Origin: a bacterium
Lineage (GTDB): Bacteria; Patescibacteriota; Minisyncoccia; Minisyncoccales; JAGGXC01
DNA: 64,000 nt
Reading direction: 5' to 3'
Assembly (NCBI GenBank): GCA_021163265.1
Contig: JAGGXC010000023.1
Location: 6,378 to 70,377 of the forward strand
The notes below the pieces were generated by a model that was given only the letters and a program-made list of their open reading frames with translations, was not told the origin of the DNA and did not search any database. Below, in pieces: positions 56,215-64,000 of the stretch. The position numbers were made by a program, and so were the translations under genes. Positions within the stretch are counted from its first letter, which is position 1, and the number at the start of each line of letters is the position of its first letter.

Positions 56215-56460
56215 TTACATATGTTGCATCATCTTTTGAGCTGCAACAATCTGCATTTTCTTGAATGCTTCATTTATACACCTTTTTAAAACCTCTGATT
56301 GTTGAATATGATCAAGCTGAGGATTCAACTGGATTTCCTCAACTTCCATCTTTCCGTTCATAACAATTTTTACACCTTCCTTTTGAATCTCTATTTTCTC
56401 TTGAGCTAAAGATTTTTGTATTTCTTTTAACTGTTTCAATTTTTTGAGATTCTCAAACAT
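56215..56460 (-). CDS. ybaB: YbaB/EbfC nucleoid-associated protein
   Basis: IQKSLAQEKI...GVKIVMNGKMEV...CINEA pattern. Confidence 0.8.
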   Translation of the reverse strand: MFENLKKLKQLKEIQKSLAQEKIEIQKEGVKIVMNGKMEVEEIQLNPQLDHIQQSEVLKRCINEAFKKMQIVAAQKMMQHM

Positions 56461-56517
56461 AAATTTAATAAGAAAAAGTCCAGTAGAGAACTGAACTTTC
56501 TCTTTTTTCTGATTTTA

Positions 56518-56847
56518 TTATTTTATCTTTTCTTTGTCAAAACTCTCCAGTTTTTTATAGAGGGAAGATTTCTTGGTAATAATCTTGTAAATATTCTCAA
56601 TAAAATCTCCTCCCGCATATCCTACAATAAATCCAAGCGCTGGCGTAAAAGAACCAAGAAATTCAAAACCCAATTCTTTTATTGCCCCTGCGCACAGAAC
56701 TCCAATCACTCCCGAGATAAACATCATTGTCAAAAAATAAGGAAGATCAAAACCCACATTTTTATAAGAAAATTGATGCTTCACAAAACCAACCAGTCCT
56801 CTTACCACTCCGCCCCCAAAACCAGCAATGAGAATTTGGAGATACAT
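56518..56847 (-). CDS. Small Gly-rich 3-TM membrane protein
   Basis: AGFGGGVVRGL, ISGVIG, GFIVGYAGGDFIE. Confidence 0.7.
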   Translation of the reverse strand: MYLQILIAGFGGGVVRGLVGFVKHQFSYKNVGFDLPYFLTMMFISGVIGVLCAGAIKELGFEFLGSFTPALGFIVGYAGGDFIENIYKIITKKSSLYKKLESFDKEKIK

Positions 56848-56857
56848 AAGAATATAA

Positions 56858-57757
56858 TTAGTGAGACATTATCCTCACATATTTAATAGTATAATCAATA
56901 GGTATATGAATCTGGGGAACAAAATCAGGTAAGGGATAAATTTCTAGCATCCCTCCAGGGGGAACCCAAACAGTGGGAAGGAGAGTAAAAGAAAAACTTT
57001 TGCTTTCTCCTGCGTCAAGACTTATTGTTGTTTTACACCAGAAATTATCATCACCTGCCTCGCGATTACACTCGCTTTCTTTTTGGGCCGGTAACAAAGA
57101 AAACCCAGATTCTTTTCTTAAACCAAATTCAATATTATTTAAAGGAATCGTCCAATTGTTTATCACCTCTATCTTTACCTCAAACGGCTGATCAACCGTG
57201 ACCATTTCTGGAGCATCCATATCGATACTCACAGCGGGCTTTTCTTCAAAACATTTAGAAATCATCACATCATCAAGATAGTATACTGTCTGTTCAGATG
57301 CTTCTGGCAAGAGAGGATGCCAGGTTGTTTTTGCTATTTTTCCTGAGATAGCACCAAAGAAACACTCGCCAGTCTTGGAATCAACACACGCATCTATCAT
57401 ACCTACTTTGTTATATATCTTTGCTGGAACTTTTCCTTCCTCGCAGCTAAGACAGAAACCTCCAAAGGCACACCCCTCTTCTTTTTCTATAAATATTTTA
57501 TCTAGATTAATCTTTTTGCCTACTTTATTCTTTAAATCGCCCCACCCCTCCCAAGAAAGCTCTGGATCGTCTAGCGAATAAGAAACAACAGGTGGGGAAA
57601 CCGGTGTCGGACGAGGAACTATCAAATAAGCAATAATCCCTATAACTGCAACTACAATAACGATTACCACAAAAAGAACAATTTCTTTTAAAAAATGATT
57701 TGAGAATAAATTCTTTTGATTTTGATTGTTGTTCTCGTTTTGCTTTTCTGTTTCCAT
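56858..57757 (-). CDS. Membrane-anchored Cys-containing hypothetical protein with Ig-like C-terminus
   Basis: TM at about aa 27-47; APEMVTVDQPFEVKIEVIN...LDAGESKSFSF. Confidence 0.6.
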   Translation of the reverse strand: METEKQNENNNQNQKNLFSNHFLKEIVLFVVIVIVVAVIGIIAYLIVPRPTPVSPPVVSYSLDDPELSWEGWGDLKNKVGKKINLDKIFIEKEEGCAFGGFCLSCEEGKVPAKIYNKVGMIDACVDSKTGECFFGAISGKIAKTTWHPLLPEASEQTVYYLDDVMISKCFEEKPAVSIDMDAPEMVTVDQPFEVKIEVINNWTIPLNNIEFGLRKESGFSLLPAQKESECNREAGDDNFWCKTTISLDAGESKSFSFTLLPTVWVPPGGMLEIYPLPDFVPQIHIPIDYTIKYVRIMSH

Positions 57758-57787
57758 GTTTTTTATTGTTAATTATTTTATTTTTGA

Positions 57788-58291
57788 TTATTTTATCTCA
57801 AAACGAGCCGAAGAATCATTTAAACACTCCCATCTATCCACAAATAAATGATAGTCATACACTGGACATTTTCCGTTTACCTGACCCGGCTCGCACTCTA
57901 TTTCTATTTTCTTTAAAACTCCTTCTACCTTAAGAATACCCTCACAAGAAATGTTTTCTTTTGAATGTAGCATCACCTGTTTTCCTTCTGTTAGATCAAG
58001 ATATTCAGAATAAGCGTATTCTTTATACTTATCTGCTAATTCAGGGGTAACTACATGTTCTCGTATCAAAGATGCAATACTTCCTTTAAGAGAAACTTTC
58101 TTGCCGTCACAAAGATTGAGCGAAGACCTACAAAATTCTTTTGAAGCAAGGACTACCTCTGTCTCACTACGTCCTTCTTTTTGCATAGCCAAAAATTCCA
58201 TCCAAGTTATATTTGCAACCAAAGAAGCAAGGCACAATATAATAAGAATAGCTAAAGGTGTAGATATTCCTTTATTTAAATAATTATACAT
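57788..58291 (-). CDS. Pilin-like-N-terminus protein 1 (OB-fold-like C-terminus)
   Basis: YLNKG|ISTPLAILIIL; DGKKVSLKG...LKVEGVL. Confidence 0.6.
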   Translation of the reverse strand: MYNYLNKGISTPLAILIILCLASLVANITWMEFLAMQKEGRSETEVVLASKEFCRSSLNLCDGKKVSLKGSIASLIREHVVTPELADKYKEYAYSEYLDLTEGKQVMLHSKENISCEGILKVEGVLKKIEIECEPGQVNGKCPVYDYHLFVDRWECLNDSSARFEIK

Positions 58292-58326
58292 AGTTTTGTA
58301 AATATTAATTATTACTCCATTTTACC

Positions 58327-58350
58327 AAAAAATCGCCAAAAAGGCGATTT
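58327..58350 (-). terminator. Intrinsic terminator downstream of 58475..59761
   Basis: AAATCGCC-N5-GGCGATTT followed by a T run on the minus strand. Confidence 0.55.
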
Positions 58351-58474
58351 GAATAATCAACATTGTTAAAACATTACCTCATAGTAATTAACAAACTCAC
58401 TCCAAAAATTTAAAAGTAGAAAGGATCTGGCTAAAAAATCTTTCTTTACTATAGAAAAGAAAATTAGCTTAATT

Positions 58475-59761
58475 TCATCTTAGAAAACGGAATGTTTTTG
58501 CAACCTCGGTAAGTTCCTCAAAAGCGTCATACACATTGAAAGGGAATCCATACATTTCTGCTTCCTTGATTGCTTGTTCTCTTTTTACTGGCCAGTTAGT
58601 AAATCCATACCCAGCTACAATTATCTGAATACGATAACACATATTATCCCGCAGCGTACTAAATCGTCGCATAGAAAATCTGTTTCCCATACCAGCATCA
58701 CTAAACTCAGTTCTCATAAATCTGATCCCATTTATTATTTCTTCCTCACTTTCTCTTATCCTCGCCGAAGAAGATAAGCAATCACTTAAAGCTTTCGTAG
58801 AAGTCCCAATCTCAAATTCAATTAAAGCAGAAATCTCTTTGGTAGACCCAGGCATTTTTAACCGTTTTAAAATTTTAAAATCTTTTTCTTCCTGAGATTG
58901 ATAATATAAATAATAATCATGATATTTCGTGTCTGACTCAACTAAATACTTAGGGTATGTTACCTCAAATCCATATTTCTCGTCTTTATAGGTTTCTTCA
59001 TTAGCAATCTTTTCTGACTTTTCTGGCTTTCCTAAAAATCTAAAAGTGGAAAGCATTTTGTTAAAAATTTTTCTATTCTCTGCTTCCCACATTTTTCTCT
59101 CTTCCTCATTTCGGGGTGTGTCAATAATCTGATAGGATATCTCATAAAGTCGTAATCCTCTCGGTAAATAAACCACATCTGCCGGTCCCTCTCCTCCTGG
59201 AGGTAAACCAACAAATTGATTAAGTCTCACTCCCCGAACTCCATCAATAACGACATACTCACTCTTTCTATAACTTCTTTTGATCCTCTCAAGCGAAAAA
59301 GAAGATGGAATTTCACTAACACATACCGTAAAATTACTTAAAGCATTTAGCCCAAAATCTTCATCAGTACTAGTCCATTTATCGCTTTCATGATAAAAAG
59401 ATACTTCGATTAAACGATAAAGAGAGCCAACAGGAGAAAATTCTTCCGTGAAGGAATAGCGAATATCAACACTCTCCCTCATATCCGGATACTGTATCTC
59501 AAATCCATACTTTTCACTCCTTCCAATGCTCCAACCAGTTTCTTTATCTATTCCAACGACCTTAAAATCAGTAGTTTCGTCTTTCTTTTCCGAACGTTTT
59601 GTCTCTTTCTTTTCTGGAATTATAATCTCAGGCAATTCTATTCCTTGTTTCCACATCTTCCCATGCTCCCACCAAATAAATCCGCCTACAATGATAGCTA
59701 AAATAAGGATGATAGACAAAGCTACAGGTGTAGATATTCCTTTGTTGAGGTATTTGAGCAT
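58475..59761 (-). CDS. Pilin-like-N-terminus protein 2 (two PsbP-like modules)
   Basis: YLNKG|ISTPVALSIIL; EKYGFEIQYP...MLSTFRF and EKYGFEVTYP...KTFRF. Confidence 0.65.
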   Translation of the reverse strand: MLKYLNKGISTPVALSIILILAIIVGGFIWWEHGKMWKQGIELPEIIIPEKKETKRSEKKDETTDFKVVGIDKETGWSIGRSEKYGFEIQYPDMRESVDIRYSFTEEFSPVGSLYRLIEVSFYHESDKWTSTDEDFGLNALSNFTVCVSEIPSSFSLERIKRSYRKSEYVVIDGVRGVRLNQFVGLPPGGEGPADVVYLPRGLRLYEISYQIIDTPRNEEERKMWEAENRKIFNKMLSTFRFLGKPEKSEKIANEETYKDEKYGFEVTYPKYLVESDTKYHDYYLYYQSQEEKDFKILKRLKMPGSTKEISALIEFEIGTSTKALSDCLSSSARIRESEEEIINGIRFMRTEFSDAGMGNRFSMRRFSTLRDNMCYRIQIIVAGYGFTNWPVKREQAIKEAEMYGFPFNVYDAFEELTEVAKTFRFLR

Positions 59762-59863
59762 AAATTTAACAATTGTATTATAACCCTTTATTGATTATCT
59801 TACTCTGTCAAAAAATGATTGCTCGACAATTGCATTTACCGCTTAGAGAATTTACACAAGATA

Positions 59864-61606
59864 CTAATTAGAAACCAACTCAAATCGACAACTCTTTTCA
59901 TTCCATTTTAATATCTTATAATCAGTTTCTGGACAGGGCTCGCCTGAATAATGTGCAATAGCAGGAACTTTTTTAACTATAACTTCGTTACCTGAGAAAG
60001 TCATTTTTAAACCATATGTAGGCCCAGAAGCTGCTTCAATATAAGGGAAAGATATCAAAGGAATATAGGAACTACTATTTTCTTCTAGAGAAATGCTGTC
60101 TACAAATTGAACTCTTTTGAATTCTCCTTTATCTACTTTTATTACTTGAAGAGAATCATCACAACATGACCCATTAGCGCATGGCCCCGAAATAGAGGCA
60201 ATATATTTTGTGCCATCGCTTTTGCAATTAAAAAATTTAAACGTTCCCCTATCGCCCCCTATATGGTAACTAGCAAGAGAGCCGGTTAGATCACTAAATC
60301 TCTTAAAGTTGATGGGAGGGGTAATTAAATCTTTGTTTTCATTAAACACTCCTAAATATGCATGATACAAACCTCCTACATGTGCAACCCCAGCAAGTTG
60401 AGCAATAAAGAGATATTCTCTAGCATAAGGAGTTGAAAAGGAACCTTTTATTACCTTATCGAGATAAAGAGTGGTGTACTCATCTTTTGAGGGAGACAGT
60501 ATCTCATTACCTTTTATGCCAGCTAACGAAGGAAATATTTGTTTTAACATTTTCTCTTTTTCTTGGATCGAAAGATCGCCAGCAATGGTGAAATAATTAT
60601 CACTAAAATCCTCAGCATAATATTCTCTTCCTTTAGTGCTCTCAATTAGAATAACATATCTAGAAGGAGGCAAATCGTCTGGAATAATCCATTCATATTT
60701 TCCTTCTTGAGCAGGAATATTACTCACAATCTTTCTTTCTGTTAGATAATCTCTCTCACTATTTGTCTCTTCTAACAAGATATTAACTTTTGATACTCCT
60801 CTCGATTTCCAAGATATAACACATTTATCTCCATTCTTATAATTCTCTCCTCCATTAGGAGATAAAACAGTAATATACCTTTCTTTATTAATAAACTTAA
60901 AAGTAGAAAGTATTTTGTCTACCAAAGAATCTAATTTTTGGTAGTCTGTTTCTCTTCCTTTCAAACATTCGGAATCTCCTCTCGGACAATTACTATATCC
61001 AATTGAGAAACTTAAAGATATATGTTTATTATCTTTACTTGTAACATACTCAAGTTCTTTCTCGCATGATCCCATACCACAACTTACTCCGCTAAGTTTA
61101 CAATAAATTGAGGTATTAATTACTACTTTTTCCTGGTAAACATTGGGGTGATTCCTAGCAAAACTAGGATCTACAAAATCCTCTGGTCTTGGTTGAGGAC
61201 CTGCAACAGGCCCCATATTAAGAGTTGAGCAATTGAAATCTGAACCAGCATCTTTTACTTTAATTTCAGGAGGCCAATCAGACTGACTAATATACTTCAA
61301 TTCAATTTCTTTAAGATCTTCTGGATACTTTATCTCAAACCCATATTCTTCATTCTTATAGGTTTTCCAGTTAGAGGTATCAATTTCTTCTGTTGAAGTA
61401 CTTTCTTGTGGTTGAGTAGAGGTAGCTTCTTTTTCTTCCTCAAGAACTATTGTCTTATCTGGAATCTTAACCTCTGGAAGGTTGGTTTCTTCCTTCTGTA
61501 TCTCTGAATACTGCCAGAAGGTAAAGATACCTACAATAATGGCAAGGATTAGAATAATAGATAGGGCTCGGGGTGTAGATATTCCTTTGTTGAGATATTT
61601 GAACAT
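59864..61606 (-). CDS. Pilin-like-N-terminus protein 3 (PsbP-like, Ig-like and Cys-rich domains)
   Basis: Start moved from 61639 to ATG 61606 (MFKYLNKG|ISTP); WKTYKNEEYGFEIKYP...ILSTFKF; ITVLSPNGGE. Confidence 0.65.
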   Translation of the reverse strand: MFKYLNKGISTPRALSIILILAIIVGIFTFWQYSEIQKEETNLPEVKIPDKTIVLEEEKEATSTQPQESTSTEEIDTSNWKTYKNEEYGFEIKYPEDLKEIELKYISQSDWPPEIKVKDAGSDFNCSTLNMGPVAGPQPRPEDFVDPSFARNHPNVYQEKVVINTSIYCKLSGVSCGMGSCEKELEYVTSKDNKHISLSFSIGYSNCPRGDSECLKGRETDYQKLDSLVDKILSTFKFINKERYITVLSPNGGENYKNGDKCVISWKSRGVSKVNILLEETNSERDYLTERKIVSNIPAQEGKYEWIIPDDLPPSRYVILIESTKGREYYAEDFSDNYFTIAGDLSIQEKEKMLKQIFPSLAGIKGNEILSPSKDEYTTLYLDKVIKGSFSTPYAREYLFIAQLAGVAHVGGLYHAYLGVFNENKDLITPPINFKRFSDLTGSLASYHIGGDRGTFKFFNCKSDGTKYIASISGPCANGSCCDDSLQVIKVDKGEFKRVQFVDSISLEENSSSYIPLISFPYIEAASGPTYGLKMTFSGNEVIVKKVPAIAHYSGEPCPETDYKILKWNEKSCRFELVSN

Positions 61607-61791
61607 AAAAAATATTTTATTAATAAAATATTTTATCAAAATTATCTTGTGTTGACAGAAAATTTTGAGAAAAACTCTTGCTCTTAAAGAATTTTAGCAA
61701 ATTGAGAAGACACCAACAAACTACCTAGCAATTAACTCAAAACAGGTTTCCCTCCAAAAGTCATTCTTAATTTTGTTGCCCAGAACAGGGT

Positions 61792-62442
61792 TTATGCACG
61801 GTAATCCTTTCTGATTACCTTTCTTCTAAACAGAAGACAGAAAAGCATACCTGTTAAGAATCCTCCGATATGAGCCATATAAGCTACTGAGGTAGAAACA
61901 CCCATATACAACAATTGATAAAGAAACCAAACACCCACAAAGAAAAAGGCTGGAATATCATATACAAAAGCTCGGTAAAATAAAAATATTAATGTCTTTA
62001 TTTTATTGTAGGGATACAAAACAACATATGCACCAATTACTCCTGAGATAGCACCCGAAGCTCCCACCATTGGCATATACATATCTTTAGAAGAAGCCAT
62101 AAAAACATGAATCAAACTTGCGATTACTCCAACCAGAAGATAAAAAGCAAGAAATCTTAGTGGTCCGAAATTAAACTCTACGTTATCTCCAAAAATCCAT
62201 AAAAACCACATATTTCCTATCAAATGAAAAACTCCGGCATGTAAAAATAATGATGTTATTAAAGTAAAAAGTCTCTTGCCTTCTAAAATATTGTAAGGAA
62301 TTACCCCAAACGTAGAAAGTGTTCCTTCCGGAGAAATACTGAAAATTGTAAAGATAAACACAAAAACATTAATTCCGATAAGAGCGAAAACAATGTAAGG
62401 AGGACTTATTGATGGAGCAGATTCGTCGTAGAGAGGAAACAT
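61792..62442 (-). CDS. Rhomboid family intramembrane serine protease
   Basis: FLHAG..HLIGNM, GDNVE, VGASGAISG, AHIGGF. Confidence 0.95.
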   Translation of the reverse strand: MFPLYDESAPSISPPYIVFALIGINVFVFIFTIFSISPEGTLSTFGVIPYNILEGKRLFTLITSLFLHAGVFHLIGNMWFLWIFGDNVEFNFGPLRFLAFYLLVGVIASLIHVFMASSKDMYMPMVGASGAISGVIGAYVVLYPYNKIKTLIFLFYRAFVYDIPAFFFVGVWFLYQLLYMGVSTSVAYMAHIGGFLTGMLFCLLFRRKVIRKDYRA

Positions 62443-62456
62443 AAATTAACCAATTA

Positions 62457-64000
62457 CTAGAATTCCAACTCATTTACCTTTTCCCAGTCTATTTCGTTGA
62501 GGACGGTTATCTTGTTGTCGCCGATTATATACAAATAATCGTTGATATAAATTGCTCTTCTTGCTCTAATTCCACTCACTGCTTTTTGTAGTTTCAGTTC
62601 ATCGTTATTATAAGAGAACACATATCCTCCCTTAGAGCCCGGCATAAAGAATATCTTGTGTTTTTTGTCTAAAAGAAAGGCATGATGGGTATTTAAGATA
62701 TCCGACCAATATTCATCAAGAATATATTTATCTGCTTCAGAAGGATCGTCAGGAGAACTCACATCAAACAAAGATATTTTTACTTTTGAACCTTCTTTTC
62801 CTATACCAAGAACTCTCTCTTTTGTAATTGGATGAAGGTAAGAAGAAAAACCAGGAATCTTAAGTTCTCCTTTTAATTCTGGTTTTTGAGGATCAGATAA
62901 ATCAAGCACATAAAACGGATCTATCCGACGGAAAGTCACTACATATCCTTTATCCTCAACAAATCTGACCGAATAAATTCTTTCTCTCAAGCCAAGATCT
63001 TTAACTGAACCAACAATTTTTAAGTCTTTATCCAACACATATACATCATTTGCTGATTCTCTGCTACTAATACCAATTGATCCCATTCCAAAAAATCTTT
63101 CTCCTACAGTAATGGCTATTCTCAGATGATTTTGATATTCATCGAGAGAAAACTGATTGAGCGGTTTCCCGGGAACATCTCCAGAAGCATAAATCTCAAA
63201 ATCCTTCAATCCTATTTTTACTATTCCTGTTCTTTCTAAGTCTCTTTTGTGCTTTTTATAATAATCAGAAAGGCGATTGGTAAGTTCGTTTTCTATTCTT
63301 AGTCTTTCATCGTCACTCAGAGAACTAAAATATTTTTCAATAAGAACTTGAAACTCTGTCATCTTTGCTGCCTTACTTATATCGTATTCGGAAAGTTTGT
63401 TAAGTTTTGAAATAAACCAATCGGGAATTATATCCTGACACTCTTGATTAAAGAAATTAGCAAAAAATTCAATAAGGTCACCCCAGTAAGAATATGTGAC
63501 ATAAATCCCTTTAGTAGACATATAAACAACAGATGAATCAGAAGAGCCCACAAAGGAAATCTTTTTCTCAATTTTTCCAGAACGAGGATCAACAATCATA
63601 GCCGTGTAGGTAACATCAACAGGAACCGGCCTTATCGGATGATAGATATCAGTACACTTTACCTCTAAAGGAGCTCCTTCTATCACTAAAGGTTTGATTG
63701 GACAAGGTCGAAAAGTATTTATGGTTGTTTTTGTAACAAGATATAACTTTCCATTGTAAAGACGGGCACCGGTTATAAAGTTTCTCTTCTCGATTTCAAT
63801 TACCCATTTCTTTTCCGGTGATTTAGGATTAGAAACATCATATCCATAAATCTTATCTCCTGAGAAAATCATCAATATATTGTCTGATAAAAGCAAATTG
63901 CCTATTTTATCAATTTCTTCCTCGATCTTTAAATCTGTAGGAGGAAAAGCTTTTATTACTTTTGTTATACCTTTAATCCAGTAAGGTATCCTCATTTCTT
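62457..64000 (-). CDS. Beta-propeller domain protein (Beta_propel family), probably 5'-truncated by the window
   Basis: LNQFSLDEY, ERIYSVRF, VVTFRRIDPFYVLDLSDP..P...GELKIPGFSSYLHP. Confidence 0.85.
   Translation of the reverse strand, partial: EMRIPYWIKGITKVIKAFPPTDLKIEEEIDKIGNLLLSDNILMIFSGDKIYGYDVSNPKSPEKKWVIEIEKRNFITGARLYNGKLYLVTKTTINTFRPCPIKPLVIEGAPLEVKCTDIYHPIRPVPVDVTYTAMIVDPRSGKIEKKISFVGSSDSSVVYMSTKGIYVTYSYWGDLIEFFANFFNQECQDIIPDWFISKLNKLSEYDISKAAKMTEFQVLIEKYFSSLSDDERLRIENELTNRLSDYYKKHKRDLERTGIVKIGLKDFEIYASGDVPGKPLNQFSLDEYQNHLRIAITVGERFFGMGSIGISSRESANDVYVLDKDLKIVGSVKDLGLRERIYSVRFVEDKGYVVTFRRIDPFYVLDLSDPQKPELKGELKIPGFSSYLHPITKERVLGIGKEGSKVKISLFDVSSPDDPSEADKYILDEYWSDILNTHHAFLLDKKHKIFFMPGSKGGYVFSYNNDELKLQKAVSGIRARRAIYINDYLYIIGDNKITVLNEIDWEKVNELEF

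Noticed and set aside
397-59783. All plus-strand ORFs and the short nested minus-strand ORFs in the track
   Set aside because: They are shadows of longer, motif-bearing minus-strand genes and have no recognisable motifs

Overview
AT-rich bacterial chromosomal segment in which every credible gene lies on the minus strand. Gene content points to a Patescibacteria/CPR (Parcubacteria-like) genome; this is inference, since no marker rRNA is present. Reading from low to high coordinates: (1) a housekeeping and secretion block (pgk, a VirB4/TraD/HerA-like ATPase with its partner, a sigma-region-4/HARE-HTH protein, secF, secD, DUF1614, SpoIIM-like, secA, hpf, an unannotated 31-aa Lys/Thr-rich peptide, murB); (2) two tandem, separately promoted, mutually complementary small-RNA candidates at 12.70-12.92 kb; (3) a ~23.6 kb surface-glycan locus headed by an HTH_17 regulator whose promoter carries a 10-bp-phased TTGAC array, encoding a PAPS supply/recycling module (sat-cysC, cysQ), two sulfotransferases, methyltransferases, a GDP-mannose 3,5-epimerase-like enzyme, a split and truncated transketolase, an embedded NadE homolog, a Wzx flippase, PglF/DegT/PglC-like enzymes and an O-antigen-ligase/O-OTase-TPR protein; (4) three large surface proteins sharing a peptidoglycan-binding-like anchor, one a likely S-layer protein with a structured 5' leader; (5) a wHTH / ECF sigma / anti-sigma module; (6) a lamin-tail-domain surface protein, a third sRNA candidate, a glucosylglycerate-synthase-like GT, ybaB, three genes with an archaeal-pilin-like KG|ISTP N-terminus, a rhomboid protease and a beta-propeller protein. 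No rRNA, tRNA, CRISPR array or mobile element was recognised. All family calls are from motif recognition by eye, not database searches.
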